Source: Bispira polyomma (taxonomy: Eukaryota). From it: a DNA stretch of 64,000 bases. The DNA is taken from assembly GCA_965649765.1 (NCBI GenBank), contig OZ287753.1:7502001-7566000 (forward strand), in the 5' to 3' direction. Under the pieces are notes generated by a model that had not been told where the DNA came from, did not search any database, and saw nothing but the letters and a program-made list of their open reading frames with translations. Below are positions 34,690 through 48,429 of this stretch, in pieces (position 1 is the stretch's first letter; each line of letters starts with the position of its first letter). The position numbers and the translations under genes are program-made.

Positions 34690-37600
34690 CAAACTCGGTC
34701 GTTCTGCTAGGGCACTTCCCCTTATAGGTGAAATATTTCATGAGTAGCTCCCTCTGTTCTCTTGGTGCCCTACTGAGATTTTTACAGTTGGGTGGGTTGT
34801 TTCCTCCAACACGTGCTTCCATGGGTGGGACAGTTGGGTCATCTTCTGGATTACCTGGATTAGCCATGTTGATAGCTGCGGTCACATTGTGCAGGACCAC
34901 ACATGCTAAACCACAATTCCTAGAGACCCTTAACCTTCTCCCATTTGAAGCTATCATCCTTGGTGATTTCAACATCAAGCTTGACATAGATAATACTACG
35001 ACAAAAGATTTCAACACCCTCCTCGACACTTTTGGGTTCTCACAGTTTATCTCCACTTCAACCCACATCCACAATCACATACTCGATCTGGTAATCGCAA
35101 GACCAAATGCAAATCTCATCAGAGAATCATGGGTAACTGATGGGATTTCAGATCACCTAGCAACCTTCGCCTATTTAAATTTACCAATACCTGCCTCACA
35201 TAGACCTCGTGTCATAAAATACAGAAACATCAGAAAAATCAATATAAACAAATTTAGAGACGATATCCTGGAAACTAATCTCATCAAAAATCCATGCAAA
35301 AATGCTGAAAGCCTTAGCCTACAATACAATCACTGCCTTTCTACTGTCCTCGATAAACATGCGCCATGGGTATCAAAAACCCTTCCCCCAACTAACACCC
35401 AGAAATGGACCAATGCCGCCATTACAGAGGCCAAAAGACGCAAAAGCCAACTTGAGCGTCAATGGCGACGCACAAAATCCTCCTTAGACAGAAGCTGTTA
35501 CCGTATCGCCACAAATAATTACAACAGGTTAATAACGGATGCCAAAAAGCAACACTACGACTCCATCATCACTGAAAATCAGGATAATCCCAAAAGGTTA
35601 TGGGCCTCCATAAACAAAATTCTACATCGAACATCAGAGAAAGTTCTCCCCATAAACCACTGCCTTACTTTTTTAGCAGAAAAATTTGGAAAATTTTTTA
35701 TTGAAAAAATTGGCAAAATTCGTGACACCTTCCCAACGATACATCATTTCTACCCTCCAGCCCCAGGATATAAGGTTTGTAACCTGTTTCATTTTAGTAC
35801 ACTGCCAGAGCCTGAAGTTCTGAAACTCATCAAATCCTCTACCATTAAATCTTGTGACTTAGATCCCATCCCAGCAGTTATACTGAGTCAATGTCTTGAC
35901 ATTCTTGTCACACCCATAACAAATATATTAAATTTTTCTCTTCGGGATGGTGTTTTTCCCACCTGCTTCAAGACGGCAAACGTAACTCCCTTGATTAAAA
36001 AACAAGGGCTTGATAAAAACCGGCTCAAAAACTACAGACCGGTGTCAAACCTCAGCTTCGTCTCAAAAGTCATCGAGAAAGCTGTAGCTAAACAAATTTC
36101 TGACCACCTTAATAGACAAAACATTCAAAATCGCCATCAGTCTGCTTATAGAAAATTTCACTCTACAGAAAGTGCCCTTTTTTCAATTAGCAATGATATC
36201 AATCTTGCACTGGACCGCAACGACACAGTGGCCCTTACCCTTCTAGATCTCTCAGCTGCTTTTGACACTATTGATCATGTCCTGCTCTGCGACACTCTCA
36301 AGCAGTGGTTCGGTATAAATGGCAGTGTCCTTAAATGGATCAGATCCTACCTTACTCTTAGAGCACAAAGAATTAAACTAGATGATCACCTATCATCTTC
36401 CATAAAACTTCCATATGGAGTACCCCAGGGATCCGTCCTTGGTCCTCTACTTTTCACCCTTTATACACATCCTCTCAGCACTGTCATCAATAAACACAAT
36501 ATAAAGCACCACATGTATGCAGACGACACTCAAGTCTATCTCTCCATCAATCCACAAAATGCAGATACTAACATAGACCTACTTGCAGACTGTCTGTCTG
36601 ATGTCCAGGCGTGGATGAACTATTCCAAACTAAAGCTTAACCCAGACAAAACAGAATTCATCCTCATAGGAAACAAGAAAAACAGTGAACTCCTAAAATC
36701 TTTGTTTCCCATCTCCCTACTGGGAAAAGACATACTACCTTCCGAAAATGCTAAAAACCTGGGTGTCACTTTTGATTCAGCTTTTTCGTTCGATACGCAT
36801 GTTGCCAACATCTGTCGCTCCTGCTATTACCACATACGTGACATCAAAAGAATCAGAAACCACTTGTCCATGGACACAGCGATAACTGTGGCAAATGCCC
36901 TTGTGAGTAGCCGCCTCGACTACTGCAATTCTCTCTTGTACGAAGCAAACAAGACAAACATTAAAAAGCTCCAGTCCATCCAAAACTACCTATGTAGGGT
37001 CATTTTTCGCCTGGGTTGTCGCACAGATGTCACTCCTTACCTCAAAAAATTACACTGGTTGCCCATTGAATCTCGAATTTTGTTTAAGATTCACGTTACC
37101 ACTTTTAAGGCTGTAGTCACTCAACAGCCACCCTACCTTGCCTCCCTTCTTTCCTTCAGTAACCGTAAGAGAGGAAACAGACTCTCTGTCACTTCGGTCA
37201 GACCAATCAGAAAGGCGGGTTTCAGAGCATTCTCCACTGCAGCTCCACGGTTATGGAACAGTCTCCCAGTCGACCTCAGATCAGTTGATACGCTTATCGG
37301 TTTTAGGAAAAAGCTTAAAACCTATCTTTTTAATCTTGCCTACCCACCTTAGCTTTCCTCGTGCACGCTCCCACTTCCTTCCTTACGACTTTGCAATTTC
37401 CACGGACTTAATGAGTGGACTAATGATTCTGCTGTTGCGCTTTAGAAGATGCCTAGCATCAATAAAGCGCGTTAAAAAATCCATAATAATAAAGCTATGG
37501 TGGCCACCACTGGTGGTTCCTGCTGCATCATTGGCAGAAGCACCAAGGATCTCTGGACTAAAATCCCAAATGCATTTTCGACCACCCTTCGGCCTCTGGA

Positions 37601-38570
37601 GATCCTGTAATTGTATATCATTTTGTTCATGTCCACCCCCCCCCCCCCCCCCCCCCGTCGGGAGTATGGTTTTATCAACTATGTCTTTAGGCCAAATGCA
37701 GGATGCCAGGATGAAGTAGGGGACAGGGGCTCTTACAGGGGTAATGGTTTCAGGGGGTGGGGGTGTTGCTTAAGTGGTCCACTATTTTCTCCTTCAGTTC
37801 GGATCTGTTAAAAAATCTCATGATCCATGAGCCGCTTGAACCTATGTCGACCCACAGGAAATGGTGATCCCCCATCTACCAGGACAAGCATGACGGTTGA
37901 GTTGTACTCTTTGTAGCTGAGAAATTTGCTCACACCTTTCCTCCAGCATCTCATAGCAATGTGTTTGCCGTTTATGGCCCCCAGGCCGTTGGAAACGTTC
38001 CATGTGTTCTGAAACACGGACTCAACCTTCTTTCAGTCGTCAGGGCTGGTGGGGCATGTGAGGAATTCCTGGCAAACTTCTAGCACAAACTTAGTTATGG
38101 TTGGCCTTCCCATTACGAACGAGTGCTGCAGCGATGTGTAGGACTCCCCAGTAGCCAAATTCCACAAAGAGATAGCTATCTTTAGTTCAGGGACCAGTGC
38201 CTTCCTGTACCAGGTGGTGTGTCTCTGTATCTTGTGCCCCACCCGCCTCTCCATCTCCTGGAATACATCAGGGGGCATCCTGAGGAAGTTATGGTACGAC
38301 TGGAGATCTTGCAGCTCTAGGTGTGCCATGAGCAATGTGTAGTGTCCATGTGCTGCCTTTTCCCTGAGCCAGAGCTTGATCCAGAACCTTGGCCTTGTCC
38401 TTCATCTTCTGGCCACCTGACCCTGGGACTGAGGCTGTACATTAAGTGCTTCCCTTTGCCTTCTTAATTGTCTTATCCTGTCTTTGATGTCCATAATAAC
38501 CATCAGTTGCATGTAGGCAATTACAGCCCCAAGTCCACTTGCTGGATTTATTATTCTTTGTGGAATCATG
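34690..38570 (-). pseudogene. Harbinger DDE transposase (HARBI1-like), fragmented and split by a LINE
   Basis: FLRM...[35 protein letters not shown] motifs. Confidence 0.88.
34911..37489 (+). mobile_element. 5'-truncated L2/CR1-group LINE with open APE(partial)-RT frame to 37352
   Basis: GDFN, SDH, YADD; (TAA)n tail; removing it restores transposase ...ATIA-LACVVLHN. Confidence 0.92.
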
Positions 38571-39569
38571 TTGATCACTTGACTTGTGAATAAAAACTGT
38601 CTGGATTCGAGTTTCAACCCTTGTTTATAAAGCGTTTGATGGAAACGGTACCAGCCGATTATTATTACCAACATTTCAATCTGGATCAGTCATTCCATCG
38701 GCCGACTTATCCTTGTGTCCAATGGCTGGATCGTAATGCCCTTACAACCAATCTTTTAGATCGTAAGTAGTTTCAACGACTTATTTTTAGCAATCAGGGA
38801 AGTTGGGAGCCAATAAATGTGATCTTGACAACTAATCAGGCCGATCGATCAAAATGCTAACTACTTATCGGGTTGGTGGGGAGTTCCAACGACTGATCTT
38901 TAGCAATCAGGGAGGTTGGGAGTCCAAAAATGTGAATACAAATCGGGCTGATCAATCGTAATACCTACGCTTTATCAGGGCAGTCGTACGACTTATCTTA
39001 CAGATCGTGGGGCCCCTTTTTTTCCCGCACAATTTTTTAAAAATCGTGAAAAAATGCCAGGGATTGCTCAAGATCTCATAATCAGGGCCTCTCCCCGACC
39101 GTTCGTGATAGTGGAACAGCACCATAAGTAAAATAAAATCTTTTTATCTAAAAACCCAAGTTTTTATCTTAAAAACTTAAAACTGTATAGTATCTTGACT
39201 AACTGACTAACTTACATCTCGATTAATCGACTTAATAATGTAGGCTTCAGTAATGTTTTAGATAGGGTTAGGGGTGTAGAAGTCCAATTGATGTTTCCTT
39301 TTGGTGTTTTTATGCAATAACCAAATGGTAAAAAGATAGAGTACATATAATTATAACTTATGTCTATCTCTGCTTTTAAGGAGCTATTAACGTAAACACA
39401 AAACTGGGTGGGGTGTATATGGTAGAGAGGGTGGGTGGGGAAAGAGGTATTTCTTTTAGATTTGCAAGCTCCACACTGATTCTAAACAGTACAGTGCTTC
39501 AGAAGGAAAACTATTTTAATATATTTCCCTCATTCACAGAGTTGAACTATAAAGTCTGAACTGTTCTAC

Positions 39570-39603
39570 ACTGTCACTCCCTTCCCAGACATAGCAGTCA
39601 CCT

Positions 39604-39636
<33 letters not shown>

Positions 39637-40104
39637 GTTAGGCCAGACATAGTTAATCTCTTGATTTCGACTGACAAATGGTCACGACCATATACACAGT
39701 TTTCAACAAGAATTATATGGGTTGAGATTATTTAGGGTTGCCTTAAGTGGTATGAGGGATATTCCCCGAGTCCAAGAGTGGATTTGTACATAATAAAATT
39801 AACAAACAATAAATACAACAGTTTAACAACTTTGGGAATTTATTTTAATTCTATAATTTGTTGTGTTAACTGTACACATAATAACACATACACTACTGAT
39901 AAATCTATATTAGTAAGTAATAAATCCCAAGCCCAATCCTGAACCAGCCGATTTTTGGGGTAGGAAACTGGAGGTGGAGAGACGATGGCTGTGACCATTT
40001 GTCAGTCAAAATCAAGGAATTATATGTGTCTGGCCTAACGTGCGTACGTGGGCGGCGTGGGCGAGTGTTGAGTGACCTCTATGTGTGAGAGTAGAGTGAT
40101 GTAT
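39570..40104. mobile_element. MITE with ~120-bp imperfect TIRs
   Basis: acgttaggccagaca...ctgacaaatggtcac is inverted at 39990-40040. Confidence 0.65.
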
Positions 40105-40124
40105 ATAATTCAGAACTAAATACA

Positions 40125-40345
40125 TTTATCTGGTGATCACCAGTTGATCTCGTGCTTACCACTTAATAAATAGTGATCACCAGATGTTCTTGTGCTCACC
40201 ACATATTAAGTCTTATTAAGTGGTGAGCACGAGATGTGGTGATCACCAGATAATTGTATAAAGTGGTGATCACTAGATCATCTCATGCTCACCCCCTTAA
40301 TAAGTCGTGATCACCAAATCATCTCGTGCCCATCACTTAATAAGT
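40125..40345. repeat. Cluster of GTGGTGATCAC / TTAATAAG repeats in direct and inverted orientation
   Basis: Directly visible. Confidence 0.7.
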
Positions 40346-41484
40346 GAAAATATATATATATATTGATGTCCTATTAGGGGGTTCCTAACTACCTTATACA
40401 TTTTTGTATTTATTTATGTGTCCCTATATTTTGGGTTGTTTAGAACTTATATGTAAAATTGTATATTTGATGTTAGCAATTTTTTACATGTAAAACTTTA
40501 TGTTTTATTGTTGCCTTGGTGATATAACAACTTTGTGATGTCATAATGACTTTAATACGAGCCAATAAAAAGTTACGTTCATCCTATTCCACTAAAGCCC
40601 TAGGCATTAAAATTGTTTACACAAACAGTTAAAAGGAATTGAGTAGTTTTCCATTAATAAAGTCAACTGTTTTGTGTATTTCCAAATTTGGGACTAATGT
40701 AAGCACAAAAATGTAATAGAGAGTTCTTTAAAGCCTCAAACAGTGAAAAGGTAACCAGTAATGGGTAGTTTACTGTTTTGTCCTTTGATAAATATAAATC
40801 AATAAAGGAATTAACGGTATGTACCTTGATTTTTTTCCCATTATTGACGTCTATGGTTTTGTGAACTTCCAAATTTGGGACTAATACAAGCGGATAAAGG
40901 TAATAGACACATATTGAAAGCCTCAAGCTATAAAGGGCAAAGGGTAATTGGTAGTTTACCGTTTTGTCCTTTGATAAATATAGATCAATAAAGGAATTAA
41001 CGGTATGTCCCTTGATTGTAAACTACCTGTTTTCTTTGAACCATTTGTGTACAATTTAAAAACCTGGGACATTTCACACAGCCAATCAGGTGGAGGTCAG
41101 TTGCTACTGGCTGCTGGTTTTATAAGTCATTATGACATCACAAAGTTTATCACTAAGGCAAAAATAAAATATAAGGTGTTATATTATGTAAAACAAAATT
41201 GACATATAGATTTGTACAAATAAGTTATCCATCTTAAAATATACAAACTTATAAGCATAAATTTATAAGCATTACTTTATAAGCATCAGCATAACATTAT
41301 AAGGTAGTAAATTAGATGAAAATCTGCAATATACACCTCACTGTGTGATGTCACAAAACTACCTTTACATGTGAGAAACTGTTTTTCCATTAAAATGCAA
41401 GGTATGGAGGCATATGTGGCCCACCAATGGAAAAAGATATTTATCACCTATTATCTCGAATAATTGACTCAATATGTTAAGTAA

Positions 41485-42290
41485 TACCCCTGTTCCACTA
41501 TGCCAATCCTAGCCCTCGATTGTTACAATTATAAGATCATTATATGGGGCAATTATCGGGGAGGTTGGTGGGTTCCAACGACTTTTCGTTTCTAATAGGG
41601 GAGGTCGCAGAGGTTTTCAAACATGGGAGCAGGGGCGCATATGGGTGGCATGGCCGCTCAATCATGGCCAATCAAGACCAGTTGTAACCCACTTACGACT
41701 TATATTTACCATCTAACAACCTATCTTTTTAATCTTCCCCTAAATTGTTTAAAATGTCATTATGATTTATTTTTCCATTACAAAAACATAGAGAGTCATG
41801 TGTCAAAGATAGAACCTTTGTTTGCCCCCAATTGAAATGATAACTCGGAGGAAACAAAAGTCGTTAGGGAACCCTTGATCGAAAAGGTAGGTTGGGCCAA
41901 AAAAAACGATAAACTGTTGGCACCAGCTGAGTGAAAAGATAACTCGGGGGGACAAAAGATAGGTCAGGCGATTGAAACGATAGCGATGTGTAGTGTTCAT
42001 GTTCTTCCCTTTCCCTGAGCCATAGCTTGATCCAGAACCTTGGCCTTGTCCTTCATCTTCTGGCCACCTGAGCCTGAGGCTGTACATTCAGTGCTTCCCT
42101 TTGCCTTCTTAATCGTCTTATCCTGCTTTAAATGTCCATAATAACCATCAGTTGCATATAGGCAATTACAGCCCCAAGTCCACTTGCTGGATTTATTATT
42201 CTTTGTGGAATCATGTTGATCACTTGACTTGTGAATTAAAACTGTCTGGATTAAGGTTTCAACCCTCGTTTATAAAAAAACATTTGATGG
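41485..42290. mobile_element. Internally deleted second copy of the Harbinger (left end joined to transposase 5' segment)
   Basis: 41485-41975 matches 33061-33600; ~42000-42290 matches 38370-38640. Confidence 0.85.
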
Positions 42291-42613
42291 TGTTTACATT
42301 CGTAGCCCCTTAAGTTCTCTTCACTGACTTGCATATTCTTTATTTATTTTCTCAGTTATGAAGTTTACTTTTACTTTTTCATCACTATTTAACTATGTTC
42401 TATGACTGTCTCTCCTAAGTTTCGTTCTGTCCAAGCATCTACAACATAGCGGTTTATATAATCACTCTAACAATACTATCTGATTTTTAAATATAATGAA
42501 AGCAGACAAAGCATTATAAAACGAGCCTTTCAGGGAACGTTTTGTAAGTATTTTGTCTTCTTGAGTGATATAATTAATTGATACACAGCACAATAAAGAT
42601 TTTATCATTATTA

Positions 42614-44854
42614 GTCACCATTAGCAGTCTCCTGCTGATAATGCCACTGACCTATACACACAGTACTGCACTGACCTGCTGTCTCTTATAGAACGCCATG
42701 CGCCATGTAAATCAAAGACATTGAAGAAGCCAGCACCTGAGTGGATCACCAGTAATTATCGTGAAATGAAGATGCTGCGCAGGCAAGCCGAACGAACATG
42801 GAGCCGAAACAAAACAGCTACAAATAGATCTAGACTACGCCAATGGATCACCCAGTGCAACAACACTATAAATGACTCAAAACGTGCCTACTATGCTAAC
42901 ATGATATCTCAAAGCGAGGGTGACCCGAAGAAACTTTGGCAAAAACTAAATAACACCCTCCACCGCAAAAAACAGACTATACTACCCGAAAATTCCAATA
43001 GCAAATCACTGGCAAACATTTTTAGTACTTTTTTCACTGATAAAATTACCAGAATCCGTGACGGTTTTACATTAGCTGTCCCAAATGCCCCTTTACCAAC
43101 AGCTCCACCAACCGTCTTCAACTGTTTCTCCACAGTAACTGTTGATGAAGTCAGGCAAATTATACTGGCATCACCCGTAAAATCTTGCTTGCTAGATCCG
43201 TGGCCCACATTCCTTGTCAAAGAATGTATTGACATTTTATTGCCCTCAATCACAAAACTTATCAACCTCTCGTTGATAAATGGTGTCTTTCCAGATGATT
43301 TTAAAAAGGCTATTGTCACTCCTTTAATAAAAAAACCTTCTCTTCCAAAGGCTGACTTGAAAAATTACCGTCCTGTCTCAGGCCTTTGCTATATCTCTAA
43401 GTTGGTAGAACGCGCGGTTGCCTTACAGATCAAACAACATGTTGATGTCAGCAATCTGTCCAATAAGTATCAGTCAGAGTACAAAAGTGGTCATTCTACT
43501 GAGACTGCACTTCTCTGCATCAAAAATGATGTTCATACATCTTTATCCAAAGGTATGCCTACTGCCTTAGTACTGCTGGATCTGTCAGCAGCCTTTGATA
43601 CTATTGATCACAAAGTTCTTCTTGAGTGCCTATCGTCCTGGTTCGGTATCAGCGGTATGGCGCTTAAGTGGTTCACGGCATATTTATCTGATAGATTCCA
43701 ATCAGTCAAAATTGGCAATATCTTATCCGACCCAACATGTTTAAAATTTGGTGTTCCCCAAGGTTCCGTCCTGGGTCCCATTTTGTTTTCCATGTACACC
43801 ACTCCACTCAGCAAGATTATTGCTGCATACAAAAACATAAACTTTCACTTCTATGCTGATGATACCCAACTGTACATCCACCTTACACCTGACTCTGCCC
43901 AGGTAGCTTTCACTTCCTTACAGAACTGCCTTGTTGATGTACAACACTGGATGGCAGCAAATAAACTCAAGCTGAACCCTGAGAAGACTGAGTTTATTTT
44001 GTTTGGCTCCAAGTCGTAACGGGAAAAATTGTCCAGCTGTTTTCCACTTGACATTCTTGGCAGCAGGTTTTTTCCAGCTGACAAAGTACGAAACCTGGGT
44101 GTGGTGTTCGACTCTGAATTTTCCTTCTCGAACCATGTCGCATTGGTGTGTAGATCATGTTTTGTTGGCCTCCGTGATTTCAGGCGGATTCGACGCTATC
44201 TTTCAAAATCCACTGCAATCACTGTTGCCAATGCTTTGATCAGCAGCAGGCTTGATTACTGCAACTCTCTGTTCCGTTCCTTATCTCGTAATGATCTCAG
44301 ATGCCTTCAGAATATCAAACACTCCTTGGCACGTATTGTGACCAAAACATCAAAATTTTCCCACATTACTCCTGTACTGAAGTCACTACACTGGCTCCCA
44401 ATAAAATATCGTGTTGCTTTCAAAACAGCCACAATAATATATAAATTTCTTAATTCTGGATTACCCACTTATTTTAGCCCCCATCTATCCAAATATACAT
44501 GCTCAGTCAGGACTAGGCGCAGTAACCCTGATAAATTAACATTCCCACTTTCGACCCTCGCATCCACAAATCCAAAGTTCAGTTCAATCACTGCCTAGCT
44601 CATGATGGCCCCCTCATTTGGAACAGCCTACCTGATCATGTGCGCCTGGCTCAAACTTTCTCCTCTTTCAGGAGTAAGCTGAAGGCCTTTTCCACCTTAG
44701 CCGTCGCAACCATCTACGGTAGTCTCCCTGGTTACGACTTCCATCCGCCCACTATTTTTGATTTGCGATTAACGTTTTTGGTTTGTTGCGCCTTAGAATT
44801 TGTTGTACAAAGATTAAGCGCTATAAAAGTACGACTAGATTAGATTAGATTAGA
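42614..44854 (+). mobile_element. 5'-truncated L2/CR1-group LINE (RT with in-frame stop at ~44019)
   Basis: [14 protein letters not shown]; (TAGAT)n tail; empty site visible in the inverted copy at ~45820-45850. Confidence 0.9.
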
Positions 44855-44951
44855 TATATTATATTATTTTAGAGGAAAGAGGTCTTTGTTTTAGCTTGCT
44901 TTAGAAGAAAAACGATTTTAATACATTTTCCCCATTCTCAGAGTTGAACTA

Positions 44952-45751
44952 GAAGAGTTTATCAAATGATGATCCTAATTTAGGCATATTTTAGACTTTG
45001 AACCTCTATAACTCTCCCAGTTTTCAACATTTTTTCAATGTTAGTGGCTTAACCAATAGGTATGGCATTTATTTATGATTCCACCAAATATTATGGCCAT
45101 TGTAAGTATAGAAATATTTAATAAGTTTATTTTTCCTTCTGTCATTGGGCTAAACCCAGTGATCAAACTATGATCCTATTTGTGGCCAAGTGACAGTGTG
45201 AACTATTTACTGCTTGCATTTTTTATGTTATGCCAAATATGGGACAATATTGCTAATTCAGTATTATACATAATATTGTATGTACATAAAGGTGAGAGAA
45301 GAATGTCAAAAATGGAAAAACACATGTATTCTAAATAATTCTACTATCTATTTATGCATAGCATATTGTATTTAATGGCTGATTTATTTTTGCCATTGTA
45401 AATGTTGTAGCCCAACTTACAATTTGCCAACCTTACGATGGCCTATAGTCCAACTTAGGATAAAAAGTTTGCCAGCCTATCTTGAGATGGACCACAAGCC
45501 CATCTTATAAGTCAATCTTAAGATTGGTCAAGAGAACTAGCAAAAGTTAAGAGTGGATAAAGATTTAAAACTAGCCCAACTTGAGATTTCCTTATACATA
45601 CAATGGCCATAATATTTGGTGGAATCATAAATAAATGCTATACCTATTAGTTGAGCCACTAACATTTAAAAAATTTTGAAAACTGGTGGAGTTATAGAGG
45701 TTCAAAGTCCAAAATATGCCTAAATTAGGATCATCATTTGATAAACGCTTC
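44952..45751. mobile_element. MITE with ~150-bp TIRs, TA-flanked
   Basis: gaagagtttatcaaatgatgatcctaatttaggcatatttt... is inverted at 45600-45751. Confidence 0.8.
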
Positions 45752-46686
45752 TACTGTTTAGAATCAGTGTGGAGCTTGCAAAGCTGAAACATAGACCTCT
45801 TTCCCCACCCACTCTCTCCAATATAATATAATAATGATAAAATCTTAATTGTGTTGTGTATCATTAAATTATATCACTCAAAAAGACAAAATACTCACAA
45901 AACTCGCCCTGAAAGGCTCGTTTATAATGGTTTGTCTGCTTTAATTATACAATAAATTAAATAGTATTGTCAGAGAGATTATATAAACCGCTACAATATA
46001 GATGCTTGGACAGAACTGAGCTGAGCAGAGACAGATATGGAACAGAGTTAAATAGTGATGAAAAAAGTACAAGTAAACTTTAGAACTGAGAGAATAAATA
46101 AACAATATGCAGGTCAGTGAAGAAAACTTAAAGGGCTATGAATGTAAACACATAAATTGATTCCAAGAACCACGTTAAATGTGCTCGAGTGTCTCATAAA
46201 CTGCACAACTTTACTTTTGTTGCCTTAAACTCGATTTAGGTATTATATATTTAAATTTTAGAAATAATAAAGAATGACATATATTTCAATTATATGCTAA
46301 AATAAAAATGGTTAAATTGTTGCTAAAAAGCAATTTATGGCCGCTGTGTAGGATATATAATCTAAAATTAAAATTCCTAAATGTAGCACAATATATCGGC
46401 AGCGCAGTTTTGTGTTTACGTTGATAGCCGCTTAAAAGCAGAGATAGACATAAGTTACAATTATATGCACTATCTTTTTACCATTTTGTTATTACATAAC
46501 AAATTAATGTTTCCAAAAGGAAACATCAATTGGACTTTTACACCCTTAACCCTATATAAAACATTACTAAGGTCAACATACTAAGTGAATTAATCGAGAT
46601 ATTAGTTAGTCAATTAGTCAAGATCCCATACAGATTTAATGACTAAGTCATTTTATTGATATAAAAACCCGATTTTATTTTACTTA

Positions 46687-47955
46687 TGGTGCTGGTCCAC
46701 TATCACAAATGTTCGGGGAGAGGCCCTGATTGTGTGATCGTGAGCAATTCTTAGCATTTCTCATAATTTTTTTAAAAGAAGGGTGGAAAAAATTGTTCAC
46801 CACGATCTGTAAGATAAGTCGTACAACCACTGTCATAAGTTGTAAGCATTACGATCGATCGGCCAGGTTTGTATTCACATTTTTGGGCTCCCGACCTCCC
46901 TGATTGCTAAAGATAAGTCGTTAGAATCCCCCGACCAACCCGATAAGTCGTTAGCATTATGATCGATCGGCTGAATTAGTCGTTAAGATCACATTTTTGG
47001 GCTCCTGACCTCCTTGATTGCTAAAGATAAGTCGTTGGAACTATTTACAATCCAAAAGATTGGTCGTAAGAGCGGTACAATCCAGTCGTTGGACACTAAG
47101 ATAAGTCGGAACTTCTGATCAAGATCGAAATCTTAGTAATAACAATTGGCTGGTACTGTTTCCATCAAACGCTTTATAAACAAGGGTTGAAACTTAAATC
47201 CAGACAGTTTTAATTTAGAAGTCAAGTGATCAACATGATTCCAACAAAGATCAACAAAGAATAATAAATCTATCAAAGAGGCTGTAATTCCCCATATGCA
47301 ACTGATTGTTATTATGGACATCGAAGGTAGGATAAGACGATTAGAAGGCAAAGGGAAACACTGAATGTACAGTTTCAGCCTTAGGCTCAGGTGGCCAGAA
47401 GACGAAGAACAAAGCCAAGGTTTTGGATCAAGCCATGGCTCAGGAAAAGGGCAGAACATGAACACTAAACATCGCTCATGCCACGCCTGGAGCTACAAGA
47501 TCTCTAGTTGTACCGTAACTTGCTCAGGATGCCCCCTGACGTATTCCAGGAGATGGAGGGGCAGGTGGGGCACAGGATATAGAGACACACCACCAGGAAG
47601 GCACTGGCCCCTCGACTCAAGATAGCCATCACTTGTGGAATTGGCTACTGGGGAGTCCTACACATCACTGCAGTACTCGTTTGTAGTGGGCAGGTCAACC
47701 ATAACCAAGTTTGTGGCAGAAGTTTGCCAGGCCATTATGGACGAGTACCAGGAAGTATTCCTTACATGCCCCACCAGCCCTGACAACTGGAAGAAGGTCG
47801 AGTCTGTGTTCCGGAACACGCGGAACATTCCCAATGCCCTGGGGGCCATAAACGGCAAACACATTGCAATGAGATGCCCGAGGAAAGGTTGGAGTGAGTT
47901 CTTCAAATACAAGGGGTACAACTAAATCGTCATGCTTGCCCTGGTACATGGGGAT
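46687..47955 (+). mobile_element. Inverted third Harbinger copy (TIR + transposase N-terminal part)
   Basis: tta|TGGTGCTGGTCCACTAT; reverse match to 37870-39124; LATGESYTSL, GAINGKHI. Confidence 0.85.
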
Positions 47956-48429
47956 CTTCTTTTTCTTTCTTTATTTAAGATAGTTTTCTTTGATTACAAT
48001 TTAGTACCCACCCAGCTTAAATGTCAAGCTTTACAGTACTCCCCACTGTGACCCCATTCAACCCGGTGTGATGCCATATTTAATGGGAGATGGACAAATT
48101 GTACCGGGACAAAATGTACCAAGATTTTAAAGCAAGTTAAAAAATAATGTTTAGATGTTCATTGGGTGGGTTTACATTATAAATATACAGTCTAATTATA
48201 GGTCCGACAGCTTCAAGGGACTCCACCCTCATTATTTGTGATAATATCCATGATATTAAAATAATGCCCGCTTGCTGGTTCATGTTGCCCACCTTGTATA
48301 CACATAGACAGTAAAATGGTGGTTCCACATTCAAGTTTGATTGGCAAAATGGGCCCGATTTTAAGATGGGGGCGGTCGGAGCGAAAAAAGCAATAAAATT
48401 TATTTTTGGGGCGAAAAAAAAGTGACTGA

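Larger units (their letters stand above)
33061..39124. mobile_element. PIF/Harbinger transposon (decayed; LINE inserted)
   Basis: TIR core CTGTTCCACTAT/ATAGTGGAACAG, TAA TSD; convergent MADF-like gene (+) and DDE transposase (-). Confidence 0.9.
32286..41018. mobile_element. Foldback-like composite element with ~550-bp imperfect modular TIRs (CAATCAAG...CTTGATTG), TAAA TSD
   Basis: 32286-~32850 is an inverted match of ~40440-41018; TAAA at 32282-85 and 41019-22. Confidence 0.7.
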
